Source of the DNA: a virus | Lineage: Duplodnaviria; Caudoviricetes | Strand: one strand, 5' to 3' | DNA length: 58,253 nucleotides | Virus record (IMG/VR): IMGVR_UViG_3300037510_000086 | Coordinates: 1-58,253 of that record | Shown: positions 44,612-55,047 of the stretch, one piece after another | Layout: every line of letters starts with the position of its first letter | Position numbering within the stretch: the first letter of the stretch is position 1 | Program-made: the position numbers and the translations under genes | The notes under the pieces: model-generated | Databases searched by the model: none | The model's input: the letters and a program-made list of their open reading frames with translations, nothing else | Told to the model about the DNA's origin: nothing

Positions 44612-45630
44612 AGGACTACCGGGTTCTCGTTACGGGCAGTCAGCTGTGGACCGACAAGAAGTACATCTTCGAAGAGCTCGACTGGGAGTTCGAAGAACAT
44701 TTCCTGGCGACGGACTGCGGCAAGTTCGTCGTGGTCCAAGGTAAGTGTCCGAACGGTGCTGATGCACACGCGAGGGAGTGGGCGAATCTCAGGAAGAGCG
44801 AAGGCCTACCCGTCGATTTCGAAGACCATCCCGCCGACTGGAAGGGCCCGCGCAAGAGAGGTGCGGGTTACGCCAGGAACGCGGAGATGGTCAAACCGGG
44901 CGCAGACCGATGTCATGCGTTCATTCTTAACGAGTCCAAGGGCTCGACCCATTGCGCTGGGCTGGCTGAGAAGGCCGGTATTCCCACGCAGATACATAGG
45001 AGAGAATCACCTGTGGAAACCGCTCAGAGCAACACTCTCGAAGTAAGGCGAACGCAACTCGCCCGTCGCGATATCACCCTCAAGAACGTCCAGATCATCT
45101 ACAAGAACTTCGAGGGAAGGCCGGACACCTTCAACCCCGACGGCGGCAAGCGGTCCTTCCACGTACTCCTGGACCCGGCGTCGGCGGACGTCCTGGAGGC
45201 CCAGGGCTACAACGTCAAGCGGAAGCCCGCGCTGGAGAAGGGCGGCGAGGAGTTCATCCACCTGAAGGTCGTGGTGAGCTTCAAGGGCCGTCCGCCGACG
45301 GTGGCGCTCATCTCCAGGAACAAGGGCACCCGCAACACCCTGGACGGCGACACGGTCGAGCTGGCGGACCACGCGGACTTCGAGCGGATCGACCTCACGA
45401 TCAGCCCCTACGACTGGAAGAAGGGCGGCAACTCGGGTCGCACGGCATACCTCCAGGAGTTCTTCGGCTTCCTCTACGAGAGCCCGCTGGAGAAGCTGTA
45501 CGGGCATTACATCGAGGAGTCCGAGCAGGAGGCGCTTCAGATCCCGCAGGACCTTGAGTTCGACGACGAGGGCGTCGTCTCCGACACCGGCTGGGAGCAG
45601 GAAGGCGATCAGAGGGCGATCGAAGGATGA
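44608..45630 (+). CDS. SLOG/YspA-like (DUF2493-type) domain fused to a probable ssDNA-binding protein; internal start at 45013
   Basis: VLVTGS, QGKCPNGAD, ARNAEMV, SKGSTH SLOG-like motifs; then KNFEG...DLTISPYDW...AYL and an acidic tail; AGGAG at 44998-45002 before in-frame GTG 45013. Confidence 0.7.
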   Translation: MKDYRVLVTGSQLWTDKKYIFEELDWEFEEHFLATDCGKFVVVQGKCPNGADAHAREWANLRKSEGLPVDFEDHPADWKGPRKRGAGYARNAEMVKPGADRCHAFILNESKGSTHCAGLAEKAGIPTQIHRRESPVETAQSNTLEVRRTQLARRDITLKNVQIIYKNFEGRPDTFNPDGGKRSFHVLLDPASADVLEAQGYNVKRKPALEKGGEEFIHLKVVVSFKGRPPTVALISRNKGTRNTLDGDTVELADHADFERIDLTISPYDWKKGGNSGRTAYLQEFFGFLYESPLEKLYGHYIEESEQEALQIPQDLEFDDEGVVSDTGWEQEGDQRAIEG

Positions 45631-45918
45631 TGCACTTGTCCCTCACGGCGGCTCCGGAGGATCACGAAGAAGCCACGATCATCCTCTCTATGCTCAGTAC
45701 GGCGTTGCAGTCGCTGGCGTTCAAGGGGATATCAGCGACTCTCGCCGTCACGACGTACGACGACGGCCCCATCGAGGAACAGAACGAGGGCTGATGTTAG
45801 TCCTGGGGGTGGTTTTGGGCGTCGGCATCTGGTTCGTCGGCGCCCTTTTTTGGGCTGTGCTTTATCGCACGCTCAGTGCTGGTCTCATCGAGAAGCTCAA
45901 CGAAAGCAGGACTGAAAA

Positions 45919-47225
45919 ATGAACTTGCTCGGATTCGTTCTTCTGGTCACCGCGGGGATCATCTTCCTGGCCGTCGGCATCGACGTATCCAATCAGATCT
46001 GGCGGGAGAAGCAGGCTGAGCGGGATTCTCAGGAGGACGCCATAGCGGTTCTGTACGCGGCGATAGCCAAGCGATTCGCAAGCCGCATGCAGGCCCCCGA
46101 CAACGTCGTCCCGTTGGAGGTGGTGGCCCGTCCGCAGAAGCCTTCTTCCGTTGGCGGTCGACACCGTCTGACGGCTGCCTGATATGCCGCCGGTTCAGCC
46201 CGCTGAGACACTCGCCGCTTTGGGTATTGCCGCAGGTGTCGTCGTATTCCTGATCGGCCTGATTCTCCTCGGTGTGGTAGCCCTCATCGACGGAGCAGTA
46301 AGACGGGGGAAGAAGCGACTCATCCCTCATAACTCACAAGAAGAAGTAAGGGGACGATAATCCCGATGGACCTCGCGACCGTCTACTGGAGCATCTGCAT
46401 AGCGCTCTGGGTTGCCACTGGAGTGATGGCAGCCGCTCTGTCGGCGTTCGTTACAACTTCATACGAGTCGATACACAGAATCATCAGCGGGTGTCGTAAG
46501 GCCCGCGACTAAGGGGGTGCCGTGAACCACGCGGTCGTCGATGACAGCAACGCAGGCCCCATTTTCGAGGGGCTACCGGGAGAAGTCCGTAGATGGCTGA
46601 ACGGAAACGAATGGGCCTTGATGTTCGACGTCCGCGTGGGTCCGGACAAGTATCAACCAGCTGTGGTGTACTTGGGCAGGCGCGAGCCTCTTGAGAGCGA
46701 GATCTGCCCATCCTGCAAGGAAGTAGTAAGTCAGAGCAAGAGACACATCCACAACCAAAAATGTGTGGGGGAGAACTGATGGCCGTCATCACGTCTGAGT
46801 GGGTACGCAAGAGTTTTCGGGTCAAGGCCGTCCAGGTCACCCGAGAGAACTACCTGGAGATAGCGGACTGGACCGGGGGCGAGGTCGTCTGGAAGACCCG
46901 CGGAGCCTCCTACGTCAAGATCGACTGCGGATCGAAGAAGGAAAGCCGTACTGCTTTTGCTGGTGACTGGGTGACGTGCCTGATCACCTACAACGACGGC
47001 GAGGCTCCCGAGGAGCCCAACTTCCGGGTCTACAACAACAGCACGTTTCTCCAGGCCTTCAAGCAGATCATGAGCGAGGCCGACAAGTTCGCCAAGATCC
47101 ACAACAAGCTCATGATGCTCATCAGGGCTCAGGACTCGGCGACGTACCACGGCGAATCCAGCGCGGGCATGATCGAGCTCGTCGACAAGACCGCCCGTGA
47201 ACTCTGCGAGATGGTGACGGCATGA
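45919..47225 (+). CDS. Hypothetical genes (45919..46182 membrane, 46522..46779, 46779..47225) plus smaller membrane peptides
   Basis: ORF track entries with plausible starts. Confidence 0.6.
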
Positions 47226-47296
47226 ATATATTTCGGAGAGACCGCGTCCACGTCCTATCTCCAGAATTCGTCGAAAAGTATCTTCGAGGAGGAGAG

Positions 47297-48358
47297 ATGA
47301 GCGGGCCCATCTGCCGAATCGACCGGATGCCGTACGCGTCTATGCAGAAGGTCGAATCGTACGTCAGGGACGTTTGGAACCGAGCCAAGGGGACTCAGCA
47401 CGACGAGACCGATCAGGTCGAGAATTTCATCCAGCTTACGGCTGGTGAAATCGACGACTTCTTCGGCGGCATCGTCGACGCTTCTTACGCAGCGATCGTC
47501 CTACACCTTCGCGAGCTCGCCATGATCTCCAGTCACGGCAAAGCGCTCGATCCGGACGAGCAAATCACCTACACCACCGGCAAGATCATCGAACTCGCCC
47601 AGGGGGACAACAAGATGGAAAGCAAGAGCCAGCTCGAAGCCATGACGTTCCGTCGGGTCAAGGAGGCGATCGAGAAGACGATCGACAAGGACTCCACCCA
47701 CGACGAGATCGTCACCATCGCCGAAGAGTACGCCGCAAAGATCGTCAACGACGTGTTCGGCGGCAAGGTCCCGGCGACGGAAGGCGAGTTCGTTCCGAGG
47801 TACTACGAGATGGACCCGGAGACGGAGGAGTATCTTCCGAGCGGGGCAATGCTCCGGGATGGCATGGTGGTCCTCAACGCGGACCCCGAGCGTCGAGCGG
47901 AAATCCGCAACAAGATGACGGAACGAGAGATCTACAGGGCTCGCACGGCCAACCGGTGGGCGAAGATCGAGAGCTACCGTACTCCGACTTCCCCCTTCGA
48001 CGCACTCGTGCCGTCTTCCACTAAGAAGTTCGTCGCCACCTACGAGGATGGCACGAAGCGGAGGTTCGACGCCGAGACCGACCAGGCCTGGTTGGTAAAG
48101 AAGGATTCCATTCCGGAAGAGCCGAAGCTCTCCGAGAAGACCGACAAGGTCTCCTTCACCATCAAGAACGCCATGTACGAGGTGTTCAACGAAGAGGGCA
48201 ACCGGGTCTTCGAGGGGGTCCCCGGCTCGATCCTGGAGTGGGCTGCTGAGTTGGCCGACGACGGCGTGAACAAGTACGGGGGATTCATCGTGGCTCGTTC
48301 GGGACTGGTGGCCCCTGTCCGGTCGCTGAAGGCATTCGTCGAGGAGAACACCGAATGA
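47297..48358 (+). CDS. Hypothetical multidomain protein
   Basis: GAGGAGGAG RBS before ATG 47297 (ORF is open from 47222). Confidence 0.7.
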   Translation: MSGPICRIDRMPYASMQKVESYVRDVWNRAKGTQHDETDQVENFIQLTAGEIDDFFGGIVDASYAAIVLHLRELAMISSHGKALDPDEQITYTTGKIIELAQGDNKMESKSQLEAMTFRRVKEAIEKTIDKDSTHDEIVTIAEEYAAKIVNDVFGGKVPATEGEFVPRYYEMDPETEEYLPSGAMLRDGMVVLNADPERRAEIRNKMTEREIYRARTANRWAKIESYRTPTSPFDALVPSSTKKFVATYEDGTKRRFDAETDQAWLVKKDSIPEEPKLSEKTDKVSFTIKNAMYEVFNEEGNRVFEGVPGSILEWAAELADDGVNKYGGFIVARSGLVAPVRSLKAFVEENTE

Positions 48359-51300
48359 TGACGTTGAAGCGGACCATCGCGGAATTGTTCGAGGGTGTCT
48401 ACATCCTCAGCGAATCCGAGAAGCGATTCATCCAGTCGTTTGGGACTCCGGAGAAGCCCGTCAGCCTCGCCGAGTTCATCATCTTCTGGGGGAGCCTCAC
48501 CGATGGCGAGCGATTCGAAATCATGCTCGACTACAACCCGAACGACCAACCAGTCCCTCTGCCCGACCACGTGTTCATGAAGCCGTACAGCCCGAAGGGG
48601 GAGTAGTGCAGAAGAATCCGCAGTACCTGGTTTACGGTCACGTCGATGGTGAACTCCAAACGCCGAGGACCCAGTTCGAAGGCACCAGGGTCGAGGTGTA
48701 CGCCTGGCTCAAGGACATGGCCGAGCTCGACGCTCCTGGCTTCAGCGTCCTCGACCGATACACGTCGGTGATCCTGGAGGAAGGAGACTTCGTCCGGGAG
48801 TTCGAGGAGGAGCTCAGGCGGATCGGGGTGATGAAGCAGCCTCTGTCTGAGGACCGGGTTCGCACTCTGGCTCTGGAGGAGTTCTCGAAGGTCCTCGACG
48901 AGCTGTCAGTGAAGGTCGAGGTAGCGGAGAGCAACCAGACCAAGGGCCTGGCCGACGCCCTGATGGAGATCATCGGGACGATGGCCGGCACTCTGGCGAC
49001 CCGTGCAGTCCAGGAGCACGAGCGTGAAGAGCACGGCGACACCGAGTACGACTACGGAAGCTACGTGGACGCCGGTGGTCAGGGATGAGCACTCCGCAAG
49101 AGGACCCGAACATCGAGTTCCTCAAGAAGCTCGACATGGAGATGACTCAGAACCGAGCGGTCTACCACTTGGTGACGCAGGTGATCACCAAAACGGTGGA
49201 GGCGATGGTCGGGAACTACACCGATCGCCACAGGGCCATGAAGCTCGGTCGAGCGGCCACCCAGACGACGGACGAGATCATGAAGATCTTCCGTGGGCCC
49301 GGCGACGACAAGATCACCAGGGGCGGGACCGAGAAGTAATGACTCCACGGGCGGTCATATGTCGCCTGTGTTTCGAGACGAAGGCCCTGAGCGAACTCTC
49401 GCGGTCGGCTAGCGGTGTCATCACAGACATCTGCCTGGTCTGCCGTGAGAGCGAGCTCAGGGCCGTCTTGGCGCAGGTGGAATCCATCCTGAGCATGGAC
49501 GCTCAGCTCGCTCGTCCGAAGCATCCGGACAACGAAATCACGGTGGAAGTAGTAGTCAAGAAGTACGAGTGCGGGCATGTGGACGACGGAGGCTGGTCGC
49601 TCATATGCCCGACCTGTGCGGGATTTCCTGAGAGGATCTGATGATGAACACCGAGGGGCTCTCGAACGACTTCCCCGAACTGCTCAGCTTCATGAATGGG
49701 CCCGACGGACCGACGTTGAGACGCCTTCTCGGCTACTTCAGCTACGAGAGCCGGTACGTCCACCCGCGGGAACTCAAGGCGTTCTGGGAGTCGCTGACGC
49801 AGTCGGAGAAGAACTACTACCACATGCTCGTGGCGACGCGGTTCATCTGATGCAGTACCCGTTGGAAGACCCGGCGTATGAACCGAAGCACCCGCCTGTC
49901 GATGGTTTGATCCCCGAAGTGGTCGAGAAATTCGGACCAGCTACACAACTTCGGTGGTTCAAGCGGTTCAGGTCGGTGCTTCGGTTCAGCACCAAGAACA
50001 ACATGTTCCTATACCACGTGACGTCTGAACACCACAGGGGTCCGTGCTGTGGATCGTGTCTTGTCGAGTGGGAAGAAGACAGTCCGCGCGGATACGGCAC
50101 CGTGATCGACGATGGCTACTGCTGTTGTCGGGATGGGAGGATCTGATGCCTGAGTACAGCAACGTCAATTTCGATATTCGCGCGGCTTTCGAGTCGTATC
50201 GGGAACTGGACTCGATCCAGAAGATCATCGACGACATGCTCCGCGCAGAAGTCACGAAGGCATTCATGAGGCTCTTCGAGGAGGACGTCGAAACTCCGTC
50301 TGACTGGAAGGGTTTCACGGGCATCGACGAAGTGGGCGACACCCATTGGTGGAAGCCGCCGGAGCATTTCACACCGGAACACTTCAGCTGGTTGTGGGAC
50401 AAGCTGACTCGCGAAGAGAAGCTGGCCTACGTCAAAAGCTTGATCTCCTAGGGGGAGAGAATGACACAAGAGAAGAAGTACGAGGTCTGGGGAGTACTGG
50501 GTCGCGGCGAAGGCCCGGAGTTCACCAGTGACGACCCGGTCGAGATCGTTCGCTGGCTCAGGAAGTTCCCGCCAGAGGAACGGTTCTACATGGTCCACCC
50601 GACGGGCCGGATGTTCCACGCCGGTAAGATGAGCGCCAGCGAGTTCATCTCGTGGAACGGCAAGGCAGCAGCCGACGACATCGTCAGGCGGGCGTTCAAA
50701 GCAGGGAATCCGGAAGGCGTCGCGCAGGAGATCCTCGATCTCTACTTTGGCCGGTAGGGGTCGGGGAGCGCGAGGGCAGGGGAAGGACAAACGTGGAACA
50801 AACACCGAAGAGGATCTTCTACCTCTTGAAGAAGGGGGATCGAAACTCGGCTCCGCTCATGCATGGGACGAGCGAAGAGGTCTCTTCTCAGATCAGGGAG
50901 TACGGCACTCAGCCGGAACTCGGGTTCTTGGAGGTCTATGACGGGATCTCCGAGTACATGTCTGTCAGCGAGTTCTTGCTGAAGTACATGGCGCCGGTGA
51001 GACCTACCAACGACAAGCACGTCTTCGTAGTACCCAAGGGGCAGCACGAATCTTCTCCGGTAGTCGAGGGCGAGGAGCTCGACGTGGGCAAGCTTCTGCT
51101 GCTGTGGGGGCCGGATGCTATCGACAAGTACGACGTCATCTATGCGGACAAGGCCCCTCTCTACGAGACCGCTCGCGCGTTCACCGAACGGGTTGTGGGT
51201 CCGGCGCTGGCCGCTTCAACCGAAGACATCCCGACCGACATCAAGATGGCCTACGAGCACAACCACAATCAGTTCGTCCACGCACGCAACGAAATGATCC

Positions 51301-52065
51301 GTCAGTGGATCGCACGGGCTATCCGGTTGGGTAAGGACCCCAACTACGATCCGCACTTCCTGGCCCAGAACACCGCGCATGAAATCATCCGGCTCTTCTA
51401 CTGAAGGAGGTCGCGTGTTCAAACTCAAATGCACCTACTGCGGAAACGACACAGAGTTCGAGCTTCTTCAGCAGAGGGACGGAAGCACGCAGATCATTTG
51501 CGTGAACTACGAGGAACACGATCGTCTTCTTAACGGACTAACCGAGGTTTGGGGAGACCGAAGCTAGTCCTGTACAACTTCTCGGCGGAAAGAAAGAGAT
51601 CCAGACATGAGCGACAGCCCGATATTCGACCAGCTGATACGAGAGCGCATCCCGATGGACACGACCTACGACGAGTGGGTCAAGTGCGAGGTTCCTGGTT
51701 TCGATTGGGACCCGGACCGCGAAGTAGTCCAGCTCGACAAGAAGTCCAAGGGTGTGCGCATCGGCAAGATCCGCACCATCGCCAAGGGGTTCCACGCAGA
51801 GCTTCCGGAGAGCGCCAAGCCAGACATGATCGAGGTCTGGAAGCCGCACCCTCTGACGAACGCGGAGAGCCCCTTCGTGAGGGTGGTGAAGGAGCAGTCG
51901 GCGATGGTGGCAGCGAAGTTCGCTGAGGTCTATCCCGACGCCGTCATCACCCGTGTGGGGGTCACGCCGAACTTCGATGACAACACCATGTCACTGGTCG
52001 TGGAAGGGCTCCACCCGACCGTCAAGCCGCTATCCGAGATGGATACGGCAGAACCCATGGAGTAA
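48355..52065 (+). CDS. Run of coupled hypothetical genes (48355..48606, 48606..49088, 49085..49339, 49339..49641, 49641..49850, 49850..50146, 50146..50451, 50461..50757, 50793..51404, 51415..51567, 51607..52065)
   Basis: Stop/start overlaps and RBSs; phage-like codon usage. Confidence 0.65.
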
Positions 52066-52068
52066 CCA

Positions 52069-53256
52069 ATGGACGACCTGTACCCACACCAGAGGGCGGC
52101 CGTCAACGAGCTCAGCAACGGTAAGATCCTCTGGGGTGGGGTAGGTTCTGGTAAGTCGCGCGCCGCAGCGGTTTACTACATCGAGAACGAAGCGCCTAGA
52201 GACGTCATCGTCATCACTACGGCAATGAAACGGGACTCCCTTGACTGGGAGAAGGAGTTCATCCGTTACAACGTCTACAAGTCCAAGGACGCCACCATTC
52301 ACGGTGTTCTGACGGTGGACTCCTGGAACAATATCGCGAAGTACAAGAACGTGAGGAATGCGTTCTTCATCTTCGACGAACAGCGGCTCGTTGGCAGCGG
52401 GGCATGGGCGAAAGCATTCATCCATATCACCAAGCCTCAAAACAAAAACCACTGGATTATGCTGAGCGCCACCCCCGGAGATACGTGGCTCGATTACATT
52501 CCAGTGTTCATAGCAAATGGGTTTTACAAGAACAGAAGCGAATTCAAGCGGGATCACGTGGTTTATGCCACGTACACCAAATTCCCGAAAGTCGAACGTT
52601 ACCTCGGCGAGGAGAAACTCAAAAGGCTTCGCCGGTCCATCTTGGTGCACATGCCGTACGAGCGTCACACCAAGAGGCACTTGCGAGAGATCCCGGTCAC
52701 GTACGACAAGAAGCGTCTCGATAGGGTCGTCAAGGACCGCTGGAACGTCTATGAGGACCGGCCGATCGAGAACGTGGCCGAGTTCTTCTACACGGTCCGT
52801 CGAGTCGTGTACTCCGATCCATCGCGTTTCCATGCAGTCAAGGAAGCGCTGAAGAAGCATCCGAAACTGATCGTGTTCTACAACTTCGACTACGAGTTGG
52901 AGATACTACGAGGCCTCGCTGGGGAGCATACGGTCGCGGAGTGGAACGGCAAGAAACACGAGCCGATTCCGGACACGGACAGTTGGGTGTACCTTGTTCA
53001 GTACGTTGCGGGAGCCGAGGGGTGGAACTGCATCACCACCGACGCAACTCTCTTCTACTCGCTGACGTACTCGTACAAGAACTGGCACCAAGCACATGGT
53101 CGAATCGACCGTCTGAACACACCGTTCACGGACCTGTTTTACTACGTGCTTCTTGCCAAATCTGCAATCGATCCCGCAGTGATGGCTTCGTTGAAGGCTA
53201 AAAAAAGCTTCAACGAGGTCCGTTTCGCGGGTCGGTTGCGTGCCGCAAGGGTGTAA
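52069..53256 (+). CDS. SF2 (SNF2-like) DNA helicase
   Basis: [33 protein letters not shown]. Confidence 0.88.
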   Translation: MDDLYPHQRAAVNELSNGKILWGGVGSGKSRAAAVYYIENEAPRDVIVITTAMKRDSLDWEKEFIRYNVYKSKDATIHGVLTVDSWNNIAKYKNVRNAFFIFDEQRLVGSGAWAKAFIHITKPQNKNHWIMLSATPGDTWLDYIPVFIANGFYKNRSEFKRDHVVYATYTKFPKVERYLGEEKLKRLRRSILVHMPYERHTKRHLREIPVTYDKKRLDRVVKDRWNVYEDRPIENVAEFFYTVRRVVYSDPSRFHAVKEALKKHPKLIVFYNFDYELEILRGLAGEHTVAEWNGKKHEPIPDTDSWVYLVQYVAGAEGWNCITTDATLFYSLTYSYKNWHQAHGRIDRLNTPFTDLFYYVLLAKSAIDPAVMASLKAKKSFNEVRFAGRLRAARV

Positions 53257-53379
53257 CTGGCCGACCCTTATTTGGCACAAAACGGACACCCTCATTGACG
53301 AGTTTCAGATTTGTCAACGGATTTGTCAATGATCATCTTGGATGAACCCGCAGGTCAGGTGGCTTGCGGGTGGGTCATC

Positions 53380-53523
53380 TTGCCAAATGACAAAAAAAAA
53401 TCCAAAAACTTTTTTTTCTTGCAACATGGGTATCTATTCTATAACCACTACGCGTGGATAGATAGTTTAGATACCCACATGCAAGAAAAAAAAAGTTTTG
53501 ATTTCAGATTTGTCATTTGTCAA
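53380..53523. repeat. ~144-bp AT-rich imperfect palindrome (candidate replication origin)
   Basis: ttgccaaatgacaaa...aaaacttttttttcttgca..tgggtatcta mirrored by tagataccca..tgcaagaaaaaaaaagtttt...tttgtcatttgtcaa. Confidence 0.85.
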
Positions 53524-53572
53524 GGCGGCGTGTGCATGACAAGTTCAAGAACGTAGAACAGGTGGGGACCTC

Positions 53573-54067
53573 ATGCAGCAAGAGTGGCGAGAGATCGTAG
53601 GGTTCTCAGGCTATTCAGTGAGTGATGCGGGCAACGTCCGGAACGACGAAACTCTGAGGATCATGCGGACTAGCTTCAACTCTCACGGCATCGAAATGGT
53701 AGGACTCATGCACAGGGGGGTGCAACGCAAGAAGTCTGTCGGCGTACTCGTGGCCGACGCCTTCATCCGTACCGCGAAGAGCATCAAGTTCGACACGTTG
53801 ATAAACCTCGATGGGGACCGGGCTAACAATCGGGTGACCAACCTCGCGTGGCGACCGATGTGGTTCGCGCGCAAGTACCATCAGCAGTTCAAGATCGGAC
53901 CACAGGGCTTCGCCTGTCCGGTAGAGAACATCGACACCAACGAGGTCTACGCGACTTCGTGGGACGCAGCACTGCTTCTCGGCGTACTGGAACAGGAGAT
54001 AGTCATGTCTGTGCTCAACCGAACGTACGTCTTTCCGCTCTTCCAGATGTTCCGGGTACTGGAGTGA
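53573..54067 (+). CDS. NUMOD4 / HNH-like protein with a degenerate HNH site
   Basis: EWREIVGFSGYSVSDAGNVRN (NUMOD4); LVADAF; INLDGDRANNRVTNLAW. Confidence 0.75.
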   Translation: MQQEWREIVGFSGYSVSDAGNVRNDETLRIMRTSFNSHGIEMVGLMHRGVQRKKSVGVLVADAFIRTAKSIKFDTLINLDGDRANNRVTNLAWRPMWFARKYHQQFKIGPQGFACPVENIDTNEVYATSWDAALLLGVLEQEIVMSVLNRTYVFPLFQMFRVLE

Positions 54068-54176
54068 TTTTAGATACCCATCCACCGGAAATACATGTGA
54101 TAAAGTAGAAGGGATAGAATAAGCCTTCGCTCGCCTACTGCGAGCCTTATGTTTTTGCGTGACGGGAGAGGTTCTC

Positions 54177-54470
54177 GTGCTTGAGAGTGAGTACCAAGGA
54201 AAGCTCATCAAGAAACTGAAGAAGCTCTTTCCTGGAAGCGTGGTTCTGAAGAACGACTCCGGATACCTCCAAGGGATTCCGGATCTCGTGATCTTCCATA
54301 AGGCTCGCTGGGCGATGCTGGAAGTCAAAGCAAGCGCGACATCTCCTTATCAGCCGAACCAGGAATACTACCTGGAACTGTTGGGGCAGATGTCGTTCGC
54401 CTCTGTGATCTATCCCGAGAACGAGAAGGACGTACTCAGTGCGCTCTGTCAAGCTTTTCAAGGCGTATAA
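54177..54470 (+). CDS. VRR-NUC nuclease
   Basis: LESEYQ...GIPDL...LEVK...PNQ. Confidence 0.8.
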   Translation: MLESEYQGKLIKKLKKLFPGSVVLKNDSGYLQGIPDLVIFHKARWAMLEVKASATSPYQPNQEYYLELLGQMSFASVIYPENEKDVLSALCQAFQGV

Positions 54471-55047
54471 CGATCACGCCAAGCTCGAAGGCTCACACGC
54501 CTTTCTGAGCCCCTCGAATTACCACTGGCTCCGCTACGACCGGGAGAAGCTCCTCCAGCGTCTGGAGACCTCCAAGGCCGCTGCACGAGGCACTAGCCTC
54601 CACAAGCTAGCCGCCCATGCGATCTCTGAAGGTGTTCAGCTCATGCCTGACGGGTCAACACTCAGTCAGTACGTGAATGACGCCATCAAACATAGGATGG
54701 AGCCCGAAAGGACTCTGTTCTTCTCGATGGACTGCTACGGCACTGCGGACGCCATTGGGTTCGAGGTCTACGATCAGCCAGTCGGTGATGTGCTCGGCTA
54801 CCTTCGCATCTTCGATCTGAAGACCGGTGTGTCTCCGTGCTCTGTCGAGCAGCTGTACATCTACGCCGCTGTCTTCTGTCTCGAATATGAGTACATGCCC
54901 TACGAGATCGAAGGCGAGCTCCGTCTCTACCAGAACAACGACGTTCAGTGCTACAAGATTGAACTCGTTACTCTGGCTGAGATCATGAGCACCATCATGT
55001 CTCATCAGAGCATCATCGACGAGTACCGCCTGGGGGGTGGCGAATGA
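54439..55047 (+). CDS. PD-(D/E)XK Cas4/RecB-like exonuclease
   Basis: HAFLSPS, RGTSLH, GTADAI, IFDLKTG, QLYIYA. Confidence 0.8.
   Translation: MRSVKLFKAYNDHAKLEGSHAFLSPSNYHWLRYDREKLLQRLETSKAAARGTSLHKLAAHAISEGVQLMPDGSTLSQYVNDAIKHRMEPERTLFFSMDCYGTADAIGFEVYDQPVGDVLGYLRIFDLKTGVSPCSVEQLYIYAAVFCLEYEYMPYEIEGELRLYQNNDVQCYKIELVTLAEIMSTIMSHQSIIDEYRLGGGE

Noticed and set aside
53311-53556. 81-aa ORF across the palindrome
   Set aside because: It is a low-complexity translation (KKK, FFF) of A/T tracts with no RBS; the region is better explained as a DNA element.
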